From positions 1,664,001 to 1,728,000 of the forward strand of contig CBDDIJ010000003.1 in assembly GCA_965228855.1 (NCBI GenBank): a DNA stretch of 64,000 nt. Reading direction: 5' to 3'. Of this stretch, positions 19,801-29,857 are shown piece by piece. Position 1 is the first letter of the stretch; each line of letters opens with the position of its first letter. The notes under the pieces were generated by a model. It was not told the DNA's origin, did not search any database, and worked only from the letters and a program-made list of their open reading frames with translations. This DNA is from Candidatus Obscuribacterales bacterium (GTDB lineage Bacteria > Cyanobacteriota > Vampirovibrionia > Obscuribacterales > Obscuribacteraceae). A program made the translations under genes and the position numbers.

Positions 19801-22800
19801 GACATTGTCACAGGATGCTGTCGCCACAAATATTCTAGCAATCAATACCTCCAGCCTGCTGGTAAGTGCTGGCACAAACCTGAAAGGCGGCTCAGTACAA
19901 GTTAACGGAGGTGTCGGCGATAATCTCGTAGTGGATAACAGAGGCAGCATTACCGCAACCGCCGGCGATATCATAGTCACAAGCACCCCCGGCGGAAGCA
20001 GCGGAGGGAACCTGACGCTGGGACAAGTAGGTGGTGGCGGCGGCGGTGGTACGATGACGGCCTCCGGAACAATCAGCTTGGTCGCTGCGACGTCCGGTTC
20101 GCTTGCAAACTCTATTCAATTTACCGACAACCAGACGTTCAATAGCACTATCAATCTGGTCGCATCGGGTGCAAATCAATCAATAAATGTGAATTCAGGC
20201 GTTTCAGTAAGTGGGAGTTCGTACGTTTTCGTATCGTCACCACTGCTGGTGCAAAACGGTTCCTTAACGGGTAGCCCTCTAATTCTGACTCCGGGAATGA
20301 CCTATGCTAATTCTACTGGCGCCGATCTCGACATTTCTTCTCTCAATCTCTCGTTTAATACAGATCTAGCTATTATTTCGGCGGGAAAGATTACCGATGG
20401 CGGAATTAACCTCACAATCGATCTAAGCAATGCTTCTGGCGCTGGAGGCTCGCTTACTCTCATTTCAGGATTCCCATTCACTCCCAACACTGTCGGCACC
20501 GAGGGACCCGATAACATCGACAGAACAATCGTTTCTGGTTTTGGAATTGGCGGCATTTTGTTGGGACATACCAACATCATAACAAGCGGTTCCACAACTG
20601 GAGGAAATGTATTTGCGGTTTCAAAAAGTGGAACCGTCCAACTCGGTTCTGTAACCACCAGCGGTGGCACGGGGAGCAGTGGAAGTGTCAGTATCCTCGG
20701 TGGAAGCATTACAGTAACTGGCCTAATAGATACGTCCAACGTTGTTGCCGCCAATTCAGGAGATGTGCATTTATTTTCCGGAATAGCCACTGCCGTCGGA
20801 GAAGTCCATATTTTGAACGGTGTCGTATCCAGCGGCTCGTTTCAAGGCTCCGTTCCGCAGAATATAATTTCATTGTCCGGCGTAAATGCAGGACAGGGAG
20901 ATATAAGAATTGATGGCGGGCAGTTTTCGTCATCTGGCGTTTTGTCGTCAGCCTCATTGACGATCAATGCCGGACCGATAGGAACAAGCCTGGCACCTCT
21001 TCAGACGGCAACAGCGAAGTTGCAGTTCACTTCGTACGGAAGCGATGTTTTCATTAACAACTCCGGTGCATTGACTCTCGATGCGTCACTTGGTCGGCAA
21101 GTGGTTATAACAAATGATAGTGTCGTAAGCACTAATGGTAGTACAACCGCTCAAATGAGCCTGACTCTAAATTTACCTTCGCTCTCGGTATCCGCACCCG
21201 ACACCCTGACGGGAGCATCGGTATCCATAAATGGACTGGTGGGCGGCAATCTAAACTTGCAAAACGCAGGAATAATCAAAGCCACCTCCGGAAATTTCAA
21301 CATCGTAAGCACACCAACATCCGGTACGGGCGGGAGCATTCTGATTGGCGGCAGTGGCAACTTAAGTGTCACTGGGGGCGTCATGAATGTGACAGCCGTG
21401 GAGTCAGGAACGACTGCTAACACCATTGAATTCAACGGCAATCAAACCTTCACCGGCACGACTAACATAATTGCCAATGGCACAAATCAGTCTGTCATAG
21501 TTGATACCGGGGTCACTATTACCGGGCAAAACGGCTTCTACATCGATAGTCCATCGGTGGTCATAAATGGCACTTTGACCGGAAATCCTCTCGATGTCAA
21601 TGCTGGCGTCACAATTGCCAATTCGAGCGGATCAGCTATAGATATTTCTACGTTAGGCTCACTCGTGATGTCGAAGAATCTAGCAATCCTTTCGGCTGGC
21701 AGCATTACCGATGGTGGCAATGCCGTCACGATTGACTTAAGCAGTAGCACAGGCGATGCGGGCTCATTGACGCTTCTTGCGGGATTCAACTTCACACCCT
21801 CCACAGGAGGAATGACAGTAGGTCCAGATCATATAGATCGAACATTGCTATTCCCGCTCGGCACAGGTTCAATAGACCTGGGCAACACGACGATTGTAAC
21901 TTCCGGTGCTGGTAAGGGCGGTAGTGTGTCTGCCTATGCAACGGGCTCAATACTGCTCGGCAGCATTGATACTAGCGGCGGCAGTGGCGACAGCGGAACG
22001 GTCAGACTCAATGCAACCGGAATAACTGTTAATGGCTTGATTGACACCACTAGTTCAGCTTCGGGCGCTTCAGGATCCGTCGCCGTGGCGTCGGGCTCCC
22101 TCTCTGCATTCGGACCAGTGCACGTCTTAAATGGAAGAATTACAAGCGGTTCCATTACATTGAACACCGCTAACGGTAATATTAACCTTGCGGGCATAAA
22201 TGCCGGCGATCGTAACGTCTCCCTGCGCACAGGTGGCACAGGATCAATAAACTCTACTGGTACCGTTGCTGGTGCACTTCTTACTCTAAACGCCGGCACA
22301 GGATCGATTGTTTTACCGACCGCGGTGTCGAGATTTACGTCAACTACGACCGGAGATATAACCCTGAATAACCAGGGAGCTCTGACTATTGATGAGTCGA
22401 CCGGTCGTGATTTTAATTTGACCAGTGACACAGGCATCCAAGCCGGATCCGGAATCTTCCCAATCCTGGCTACAGGAGCCATTACGTTAAATACGCCAGC
22501 CCTCACAATGGGTCCTTCCAGCACCAAATCCATTCAAGGCGCTACTATCGCGGTGAATGGTCCTTTGGGCTCCGACCTCACAGTAGACCTGCTGGTAAGC
22601 GGTGGTTTACGGGCAAACTCCGGAAGTTTGACCTTAACAAGCACACCCAACGCAGGTGCCGGCGGTAACATATTCATTGGTGGAACCGGGCAGATATCTT
22701 CTCAGACCGGTACATTCGTCAACGCAGTCACCTCCGGCTCGCTAGATAACAAGATCGAGTTTACCGGAAGCGTAACTTTCGTAAGCACTGTCGAACTGAA

Positions 22801-25800
22801 CGCCAGCGGTATAAACCAGTCAGTGGTAGTAGATCCAGGCGTCCACGCAAGAGGTTTTTCTTCGGTCATTGTCAACTCCCCTATGCTGCTTTTAAATGGC
22901 GGCGGAACGCTGACGGGCAATCCACTGGTGTTCAACCCAATTGGTACAATCGCAAACTCTACAGGACCGCTGGATTTATCGACGTTGGGTCCTATCGTCT
23001 ATAACGGACGGAGTCTAGCAGTGCTATCGGCCGGAGACATAACGGATGGCAACAACACTTTAACCATTGACCTTTCAAACTCCTCCGGCGTGGGCGGCAC
23101 TCTGACTTTAGTGGCGGGTTTTGATTTCACTCCTGGCACATCCGGCACCACATTCCCGCCGGACGGAACTGACTACACGATTCTCTCCACAGGTAGCGGT
23201 TCCATCAACCTTGGAGACACCACAGTCAATACTTCGGGCAGTTCCATGGGTGGAGACGTGTTCGCCTTCGCCAATGGTTCAATCACGCTGGGATCTATAA
23301 CCACCACGGGCGGTACCAGTCTCAGCGGGCAAGTCAATGTAATTGGAAATGGAATTACCGTTACTGGACTTATTGACACGTCCAATGCAAATCCTTCAAA
23401 CAGCGGCAAAGTTCAGCTATATTCCGGGACGCCCGGGAAAAGTCCAAACGTTCACGTCCAGAATGGAGCGATTCGCAATGGACAGTTTTTCGCTAACGCG
23501 ACGCAAAGTGGTGTAGCACTTGCAGGAATCAAAGCAGGCACAGCACCAGTTTCGATTGCGGCAGGTGGAAGTGGCACAATAACTTCATCGGCACCCATTG
23601 AAGCTGGACTCCTTACCCTTTCTGCTTCGACCGGAGCGATCGGTACTTCATCTTCTTTACTCCCAACCGCGGCGAGTTCAATAAGGTTTTCATCTAACGG
23701 CGATGTAAACATTGGAAGCGAGAGCGCTCTGATAATTAGCGAAGCAAACACCGGAAACAACATAAATTTGGCCAGCGGAGAGTCTGTTAGCTTTGTACCG
23801 TCTATGTTTTCTGCAAGCGCGACTGCGAGCGGCACACTTTCAATTACATCGCCCGTGGTGAACATCGGCATTTTCGACGTCGTTGGAAATTCAGTATCTA
23901 TCACCGGACCTACCGGTTCTGACTTGCTCATCAACAATCAGGGCGGAATCACAGCCTCGAACGGTAATATCAATATTTTGAGTACGCCGAGTGGCGGAGT
24001 AGGGGGTAATCTTGATATTACTGGTGGTGGCTCAATGCGTGCGCAAAGCGGCACGATCAGTTTGTTAGCAGAAAACGTCGATAATCCAAGTACTGCAATC
24101 ACGTTCACTGGTAATCAGGACTTCTTCGGAGTTACCAATTTTATCGCTAACGGCGATAATCAATCCGTCGTTGTAAACACTGGGGTCACTGTAAGAGGTT
24201 TCAATAAACTTACCGTTAATACAAAGTTATTGATTCAAAACGGCACACTTACTGGGATGCCACTTGTTTTGACTACCGGTATGACTTACGCAAATTCGAC
24301 AGGAAACCCACTAGATATTTCGACCCTCGGTCCGCTCGTTGAAACCAACAATCTAGCAATCCTATCCGCCGGTGATATAACTGACGGCGGAAATTTAGTG
24401 ACTATCGATCTGAGCAATTCAAACGGAGGAGGAAGTTCGCTCGTCTTAATCGCCGGTTTCAATTTCACACCTGACAGCGGCGGAATCACGCAGGGACCGG
24501 ATCATATTGAACGCACTCTTACGACATCAGCAACTGGGAAAATAGATCTCGGTAATACGACAATCAATTCATCCGGCACCACATTTGGCGGCGACATACT
24601 CGCGGTAGCAAACGGCTCGGTGACGATTGGTTCCGTGATCGCCAATGGTGCATCCGGCGCGGCAGGCTCCATATCACTTATGGGAAGTGGAATAACAGTC
24701 AACAATCCGATCAGCAATGCAGGCTCGGCATCAGCCGGTGGAATCAGTCTTCTTTCAGGAACTGTATCTACAGTCGGGACCGTTCGCGTGGAGAATGGGA
24801 TCGTAACGACTGGTTCGTTCAGCTTAAGTTCGCAACAAGGAAACGTTTCTTTGTCCGGAATTAGCGCAAACGCTCAATCGGTAAATATTCAGGGTATGTC
24901 AGTTGCGTCTTCAGCAACTATCAATTCGCAACAGCTATCGATGACTATCGGCGCCGGGGGCATCGGCTCGTCACTGGTTCCTCTTTCGACATCGGTTTCA
25001 AGTCTTAGTTTCAATTCAGCAGGCAGCGTCAACGTAAGCAATAATGGTGCGCTGATGCTTATAGCTGCATCCGGCACCGACATTTCTTTGACAAACAGTG
25101 GCGTGCTAACCGGCACTGGAGCGATACAAGCGAGTTCGTCACTCACGTTCAATGTTCCTCAAATTACAATGACCGGTGCAGGTTCTCTCGCGGGTACCGA
25201 GGTTACGGTCAACGGACTGACTGGACAGCCGTTGGTAGTAAACAATTCGGGAAGCATCACCGGTAACACCATCGTCATAAATGGGACAGACGGTAATGAC
25301 CTCTCGGTTTCGAACTCCGGAACTATCTCCGGAGGCTCGATAGAGATCGCCGGTGGCATAGGAAGCAACGTAATCATCAATAATTCGAATCTGATAATTG
25401 CAACTGCATCCAACATATCAATCGTGAGCACCTCTGACACATTGACCGACGTAGACCTGAATATTTCTGGCGGAGGTTCAATGAGCGCCACATCTGGGTC
25501 TGTCAACATAACAGCAACCGAGGTCGGTTCGCGCGCCAACACAATTACTTTCTCTGGAGACCAGACTTTTAATGGGCTGACCTTGTTGAATGCAACTGGC
25601 GCAAATCAATCTATTTCGATAAATGGTGCTCATGTAACCGGAAACGATGAAGTTGACATTAATAGTCCGGTGTTAATGCTCAACGGAGGCGGCACCATTA
25701 GCGGCAATCCGTTAGTCATCAATCCGGGCGGAACCATCGCAAACTCAAGCGGTCCACTTGACCTGTCGACATTCGGCTCTCTGACATTTACCGGACTGAG

Positions 25801-28800
25801 GTTGGCGATCCTATCGGCGGGTGACATTACTGATAGCGGTAATACAGTCGTAATTGATCTGAGCAGCAGCATAGGAGATGGCGGCGCACTCACCCTGATC
25901 GCAGGTTATAACTTCACCCCCGCCACTCTTGGAACAGTGGGTCCAAGCGAGCAGGAGTACACGATCACTGCTGCTGGCTCAGGCTCAATAAATTTGTCAC
26001 ATACAAGCATCAACACCACAGGCACCTCTGATGGTGGCAACGTGTTCGCGGTAGCAACCGGCTCAATCGCTCTTGGTTCTATTACCACGACTGGACAAGC
26101 CGGCACCAGCGGTGATGTTACCCTGACAGGCAATGGAATAACTTTGACCGGGTTAATAGATACTTCGAATTCAAGTTCCATTGACTCAGGCGCTGTTAAC
26201 GTCTTCTCCGGTTCTGCAAAGATCAATGGAAGCGTTCATATCGCAAATGGAGCCATCGTAACGGGTTCTATCACATCCGATGTCCCGCTTTCAGGAATAA
26301 GCCTGAATGGAGTTAATGCCGGCGCCTCATCCGTTACCTTAACGGGCGGTGGAGCAGGTGCCATCTCTTCGTCTGCCAGTATCAACTCGCAGACGCTGAG
26401 TATGACCTCTGGAACAGGCGGAATCGGCTCATCCTCAAGTCACATATTCACCAGCGCCTCGCTCCTGAGTGCTAACGCCGGAAGCGGCGATGTGTTTGTT
26501 GATACCGTTGGCGGTGTGTCGTTGGAAAGCATAAATTCCGGTTCCAGCTTTAATCTTGTGAGCGGTGGTCCAATCAATATAGTTACAAACCCAACGGCTT
26601 CAGCGCTATCTTTAATTTCAACGGGAGCGATTACATTTGCCTCGAGTGGCTTGTCTGTGACCCCAACTGCCGGCGGAACCGGCGGTTCCATTGACCTTAA
26701 AGCGACTATCGTGGATTGGACCGACAGTGCAACAACCGCGTTTACTCTAAATGCTGATGCGGAGGGCTCAGGCGATGGCGGACTTATCGCTGTGACTCTA
26801 ACAGCTGCCTCACCAGCGTCAATTGGTACGTCATCGGGTCAATTTTTGCTCCAGGCCTCGGGGGGATCGAAAAACAGCGCTGATGGCGCGGGTGGCAAGG
26901 TCGTTTTCAAAACCGGAGGCGATCTTACTGTCGATCCGAGTGGTATCGCCATTGGAGCGCGTGGGAAGAAGGGCGACGGAGGCACCATCGACCTGACCGC
27001 AGGGGACGGGACGGCATCAGGCAATCTTCTAGTTACCGGAGATCTAAATGCAGACGGAACGGGGTCCGCAAGCCTCGGCGGAAATATCTCTTTAACTTCA
27101 GACAGCGCCGATGCCTTCACTGTCTTATCAAAGTCAGGGAGCACGCAAAATGGCATAATCGGCAAACTCAGCGTTAAGGGCAAGGAAACCGACGGCAAAC
27201 TATCTCTGAACAACTTGAGCGGTGACGTCTCGACCACTGTCAGCCTGACACAGGTATCAGATCTTCAGATTCGTGCGGGCGGTGCGGGCTCCATAACAAT
27301 TGGTGCCAAGCTCGGAGACAAGAGCACATCTAACGTTTCTCTGACTGCCTCAGGTACCGGAGACATTTTGTCTGTAGCCCGGAGAACAACGGTAACGACC
27401 AACAGTCTCGTTCTTGCAAGCGCTCAAGGCTCTATCGGTCAGCAGCTTGACGCTATCCAAACGAGCGCCGCCACACTCGATGCAACTGCAAGTAATGGCT
27501 CTGTGAATGTGAAGAATTCGTCGAAATCTATACGCGTATCGGGCGAAGCAGACTCATCTTTCGCTCTGGATTCTGCCGGCAGCATTCTAGTGATGGGAGG
27601 CGGCATCGACGCTTCCGATATCGAGCTCACAAGCAAGTCCTCGATAGTTTCTCTGGACAACACAAGCGTATTGCAAGGGGCAAGAGTGGATTTGGAGGCA
27701 GGCGCCGATGGAATCGGGTCGGAGCTTCAGCCTGTTATTGTGAATACGTCAATTCTGTCCGCAAGTTCAAAAGGCAGCATTTTTATCGATAACGTTGGTC
27801 CATCAAGTCTGAGCGTAGAAGACATCACAACCTCGAAATCAATAACCCTAAAATCTACCAGCGACGTCAATATTAATGGAACGATTGGCGGCTCGAAGGC
27901 AGCGGTAGCAATCGACACATCAGGTTCTGGAAACATCATTCAAGGCAACAGCACAGGTCTAATTACCGGTAAGGATGTGACCCTCAGCACCGTCTCCGGT
28001 GACATAGGTTCCTTAAGTTTTCCACTTAAGGTTAATGCCGGCTACCTCGCGGTCACTTCAGGAGGAAAAGCATTCGTTGATAACATCAACGAAAAGTCTT
28101 CAACTATCGCAGATTCGACTGCTTTAGATTTAAACTTCACAACTAATGCGTCAACTACCATTAAAAACCTCACCGCTACTGATGGTGGTATCACGGTGAC
28201 AATAGCAAGCGGAAAGCTTCTTACTCAGGATAGATCGGTGCTAGTTGCGACGAACAGCTCTGGTGGGAACGGCGCTATCACGCTTCAGAACAACGACATC
28301 AAGGCTGGAACAATCACGATCGGAGAAGGAACCAGCATAGCTACAGGTGGCACTATCGGCGGTGACGTGATTCTCAGTATTGGGAATCCTGTAAACGAAA
28401 TCGGTTCCAATCCCAATTCCTCATTGGTGCAGGTCAACAACATTAGCGGTGGCACGGTATTCTTCGGAGCCAAGGGTTTCACGGCAGCAGCACCTTTGAA
28501 CATTTTAAATCTCAAAAACGCCGACATAATATTTAGCACCGATCCAGCCGCGTCAAAGTTATCCGCTAAGTCGATAAGACTGAACGGTGACGTCGAAATC
28601 ACTGCAGACCCGTCACCGCCTGGTTCCTCTCTGATGATAGGATCCGCGATTTCAACAGTTGCGGATTCTCCGGCTCGCATTCCAACTCAGAGGCATCTGA
28701 CAACTGTTGAAAACACGACCCGTAAATCAACACCTCTACAGACTTCTGAGAAATCTGTAGAGAGCACTCAACCACTATCAGATTTTGCCACCTTGAATGA

Positions 28801-29530
28801 CGCTCGCCTGATTCCACCAATTTGCCAGCTCTCCGCGAAGACTCAGGAAATCTATTCAGACCAATGGATATCGGAGACAGAATTGGCGACCGGTATGATA
28901 CCAGTCGCAGTGCTTTCGGATGACGATTGTGGTATCGACACGGCAGTCGACAATAGATGTGAGTTCCATGATCAGGGTTTCTCCACGACAAACAATGAGC
29001 CCGGGTCGAGGACCAACGCGAGATTGATTAAAGGCTCCATGATTGTTATGCCTTCAATTGATAAGACCGTGGCAACAAGTTTCGGAAGGGTTGAGATTGG
29101 TCGCAACTCGGTTGTTCTGCTGATTGCACTTAAAGACAGTCTTTCTGTATACAATCTCGATGACACTCGAAACGGCGCGGTACGCATACACGTGGGAAAC
29201 AGAAGGTTGAGCCTGCGCCCTGGGCAACACGTGTGTGTTGCGACGCATGCAGTGAACGGGTTCGAAGCAGTCAATCCAACTCAACTATTCGGATTCGGTG
29301 AGGTGTCGGAACATCCCCTGGATGACAGAACTAAATTGTTCACCTCAGAATTTTCGATTCCACAGGCGATTCGTTCTGTACCGTATCTGAAATTACTTGT
29401 GTCCAATTCGAACCCTCGCGCGAGGAAGGTAGCGAACCATCTACTAAAAACGGCTGCAGTCATTCTTCAAATCAAAGGCGACAACTACCGACAGATTCTC
29501 AAGCCGTCCCGTTTGGCATGGAGACAGTAG
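16871..29530 (+). CDS. Giant secreted beta-strand-repeat (hemagglutinin/adhesin-like) protein, about 4200 aa
   Basis: 4219-aa uninterrupted ORF; likely TTG start 16901 after AGGAGAGG; signal-like N-terminus; Gly-rich tract; five long internal repeats; distinct globular C-terminus. Confidence 0.85.
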   Translation: MQAGIQGEAVLKIQYDRRNARSTSALIASASFATLSGAMFSPAAAADRIPDLNRTDRHDRALLRHTLNRDNRESRAREIPIPGIQNLAATLPVSRAAERGHRLNLSNELRGRLQLDLGSNRSAIRLTDNLLEDSSITITVGEQTQTLSAGSRVTAGEFVAVKQVIEGGNQTINLDNSGTAVSGFFSLDSLGTGKVSRLVIPQGVTGIDDVSSNGGLRVAGNIFNSGSIYAVSSDPGNKSADISAKNIINRSTGVITTEVPVGVNELNSSNVSDLSLSLNSSKHVLNRGLITSANDLTISAGGSISNIGSAEASSTIGQLNAAHDLNLVIGQGTLNNSGRITSSESRINISSKASDSDIIINSLGGTFSALNGEINVRNSSFNGSKNIALLGGDYLAKDLNLNSGSGKIFGYTGEITGRVNSIASEEHLYANSKTLVLGNNCITGDPTFVNSGGDIVINGINTFGENTAIIASENILDDGLGSGAQLINHGFNLTLIAGADITVQGTGGGDNSNAINLNTASKLLGAQQVIVDFSNGAGGNIDLSSSSISQVIDTSGTVGKGGDVTLVANANGNQGGKVLLNTASVINTSGAGTGAGGNVTILAGADPSAFSTTIQLGSIATAPGSTPQSGVQFGNAGSVLIATSAAQNTSAGSSVTFDTQGTIVAGGGITSTGVLSDRARVLIGGDISTAPSGMGSGAIPNGVAGANAGAISISAGDDLAVEGTKGLLSFGQGGLGGFSGSNGRGGDGGDGAPITLFSKNGSIDIAADINTSGGGGGGGAGGGNGASISGEPGGAGGTAGLITVQAQSGAINIGGSVFAADGGRGGAGGNGAASNGGGGGGGGSYGGGGGGASDGNGNGGGGGSGYFGGGGGGSSSIAGGGGGSDLIATGAGSAGGGTAGSGSAGIGGTANGGALGGASIGLGGQGAAAGGGIKDGASGSDASLTAGGADVSLSGNSLTLNGRLIGKNLTIESGTNLTLSQDAVATNILAINTSSLLVSAGTNLKGGSVQVNGGVGDNLVVDNRGSITATAGDIIVTSTPGGSSGGNLTLGQVGGGGGGGTMTASGTISLVAATSGSLANSIQFTDNQTFNSTINLVASGANQSINVNSGVSVSGSSYVFVSSPLLVQNGSLTGSPLILTPGMTYANSTGADLDISSLNLSFNTDLAIISAGKITDGGINLTIDLSNASGAGGSLTLISGFPFTPNTVGTEGPDNIDRTIVSGFGIGGILLGHTNIITSGSTTGGNVFAVSKSGTVQLGSVTTSGGTGSSGSVSILGGSITVTGLIDTSNVVAANSGDVHLFSGIATAVGEVHILNGVVSSGSFQGSVPQNIISLSGVNAGQGDIRIDGGQFSSSGVLSSASLTINAGPIGTSLAPLQTATAKLQFTSYGSDVFINNSGALTLDASLGRQVVITNDSVVSTNGSTTAQMSLTLNLPSLSVSAPDTLTGASVSINGLVGGNLNLQNAGIIKATSGNFNIVSTPTSGTGGSILIGGSGNLSVTGGVMNVTAVESGTTANTIEFNGNQTFTGTTNIIANGTNQSVIVDTGVTITGQNGFYIDSPSVVINGTLTGNPLDVNAGVTIANSSGSAIDISTLGSLVMSKNLAILSAGSITDGGNAVTIDLSSSTGDAGSLTLLAGFNFTPSTGGMTVGPDHIDRTLLFPLGTGSIDLGNTTIVTSGAGKGGSVSAYATGSILLGSIDTSGGSGDSGTVRLNATGITVNGLIDTTSSASGASGSVAVASGSLSAFGPVHVLNGRITSGSITLNTANGNINLAGINAGDRNVSLRTGGTGSINSTGTVAGALLTLNAGTGSIVLPTAVSRFTSTTTGDITLNNQGALTIDESTGRDFNLTSDTGIQAGSGIFPILATGAITLNTPALTMGPSSTKSIQGATIAVNGPLGSDLTVDLLVSGGLRANSGSLTLTSTPNAGAGGNIFIGGTGQISSQTGTFVNAVTSGSLDNKIEFTGSVTFVSTVELNASGINQSVVVDPGVHARGFSSVIVNSPMLLLNGGGTLTGNPLVFNPIGTIANSTGPLDLSTLGPIVYNGRSLAVLSAGDITDGNNTLTIDLSNSSGVGGTLTLVAGFDFTPGTSGTTFPPDGTDYTILSTGSGSINLGDTTVNTSGSSMGGDVFAFANGSITLGSITTTGGTSLSGQVNVIGNGITVTGLIDTSNANPSNSGKVQLYSGTPGKSPNVHVQNGAIRNGQFFANATQSGVALAGIKAGTAPVSIAAGGSGTITSSAPIEAGLLTLSASTGAIGTSSSLLPTAASSIRFSSNGDVNIGSESALIISEANTGNNINLASGESVSFVPSMFSASATASGTLSITSPVVNIGIFDVVGNSVSITGPTGSDLLINNQGGITASNGNINILSTPSGGVGGNLDITGGGSMRAQSGTISLLAENVDNPSTAITFTGNQDFFGVTNFIANGDNQSVVVNTGVTVRGFNKLTVNTKLLIQNGTLTGMPLVLTTGMTYANSTGNPLDISTLGPLVETNNLAILSAGDITDGGNLVTIDLSNSNGGGSSLVLIAGFNFTPDSGGITQGPDHIERTLTTSATGKIDLGNTTINSSGTTFGGDILAVANGSVTIGSVIANGASGAAGSISLMGSGITVNNPISNAGSASAGGISLLSGTVSTVGTVRVENGIVTTGSFSLSSQQGNVSLSGISANAQSVNIQGMSVASSATINSQQLSMTIGAGGIGSSLVPLSTSVSSLSFNSAGSVNVSNNGALMLIAASGTDISLTNSGVLTGTGAIQASSSLTFNVPQITMTGAGSLAGTEVTVNGLTGQPLVVNNSGSITGNTIVINGTDGNDLSVSNSGTISGGSIEIAGGIGSNVIINNSNLIIATASNISIVSTSDTLTDVDLNISGGGSMSATSGSVNITATEVGSRANTITFSGDQTFNGLTLLNATGANQSISINGAHVTGNDEVDINSPVLMLNGGGTISGNPLVINPGGTIANSSGPLDLSTFGSLTFTGLRLAILSAGDITDSGNTVVIDLSSSIGDGGALTLIAGYNFTPATLGTVGPSEQEYTITAAGSGSINLSHTSINTTGTSDGGNVFAVATGSIALGSITTTGQAGTSGDVTLTGNGITLTGLIDTSNSSSIDSGAVNVFSGSAKINGSVHIANGAIVTGSITSDVPLSGISLNGVNAGASSVTLTGGGAGAISSSASINSQTLSMTSGTGGIGSSSSHIFTSASLLSANAGSGDVFVDTVGGVSLESINSGSSFNLVSGGPINIVTNPTASALSLISTGAITFASSGLSVTPTAGGTGGSIDLKATIVDWTDSATTAFTLNADAEGSGDGGLIAVTLTAASPASIGTSSGQFLLQASGGSKNSADGAGGKVVFKTGGDLTVDPSGIAIGARGKKGDGGTIDLTAGDGTASGNLLVTGDLNADGTGSASLGGNISLTSDSADAFTVLSKSGSTQNGIIGKLSVKGKETDGKLSLNNLSGDVSTTVSLTQVSDLQIRAGGAGSITIGAKLGDKSTSNVSLTASGTGDILSVARRTTVTTNSLVLASAQGSIGQQLDAIQTSAATLDATASNGSVNVKNSSKSIRVSGEADSSFALDSAGSILVMGGGIDASDIELTSKSSIVSLDNTSVLQGARVDLEAGADGIGSELQPVIVNTSILSASSKGSIFIDNVGPSSLSVEDITTSKSITLKSTSDVNINGTIGGSKAAVAIDTSGSGNIIQGNSTGLITGKDVTLSTVSGDIGSLSFPLKVNAGYLAVTSGGKAFVDNINEKSSTIADSTALDLNFTTNASTTIKNLTATDGGITVTIASGKLLTQDRSVLVATNSSGGNGAITLQNNDIKAGTITIGEGTSIATGGTIGGDVILSIGNPVNEIGSNPNSSLVQVNNISGGTVFFGAKGFTAAAPLNILNLKNADIIFSTDPAASKLSAKSIRLNGDVEITADPSPPGSSLMIGSAISTVADSPARIPTQRHLTTVENTTRKSTPLQTSEKSVESTQPLSDFATLNDARLIPPICQLSAKTQEIYSDQWISETELATGMIPVAVLSDDDCGIDTAVDNRCEFHDQGFSTTNNEPGSRTNARLIKGSMIVMPSIDKTVATSFGRVEIGRNSVVLLIALKDSLSVYNLDDTRNGAVRIHVGNRRLSLRPGQHVCVATHAVNGFEAVNPTQLFGFGEVSEHPLDDRTKLFTSEFSIPQAIRSVPYLKLLVSNSNPRARKVANHLLKTAAVILQIKGDNYRQILKPSRLAWRQ
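20306..26600 (+). repeat. Five degenerate 437-483-aa internal protein repeats
   Basis: ANS(T/S)G..D(I/L)S.L.....LA(I/V)(I/L)SAG.ITD motif begins at 20306, 21617, 22952, 24290 and 25739; the end coordinate is approximate. Confidence 0.85.
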
Positions 29531-29590
29531 CCCTAGTGAGAAGACACTACTCAGTCTAAATCAACTTATTTCTTTAGTTCAGCATCTGCG

Positions 29591-29857
29591 CTAGTGCTCT
29601 CTGAGCGCCGGCTCACCCGGCAGCTTCTGCCACTGCGACTGCTGATCTTGCGAGTAGTATTCCGAGACTTCGATGAATCTATCCGCAGCTCCAGTAGGGC
29701 ATTCTTCGATGCATTTGTTGCAGCCGTCGCAGATTTCTGCGTCGATGCAGTATCGACCGAAGAATGCCTTTATAGCTTTGACCGGGCAAGCCATTTCGCA
29801 CGCCGAGCACTGAATACAAAGCTCGGGATCAGTTACATGCTGCAGCAGTTTGCGCAT
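29591..29857 (-). CDS. 2x[4Fe-4S] ferredoxin resembling the N-terminal domain of BoxA
   Basis: QHVTDPELCIQCSACEMACP and CDGCNKCIEECPTGA; tail YSQDQQSQWQKLP; overlaps the upstream gene by 29 bp. Confidence 0.85.
   Translation of the reverse strand: MRKLLQHVTDPELCIQCSACEMACPVKAIKAFFGRYCIDAEICDGCNKCIEECPTGAADRFIEVSEYYSQDQQSQWQKLPGEPALREH

Noticed and set aside
17122..29463. Many minus-strand Pro-rich ORFs
   Set aside because: Antisense shadows of Gly-rich codons in the 4219-aa gene
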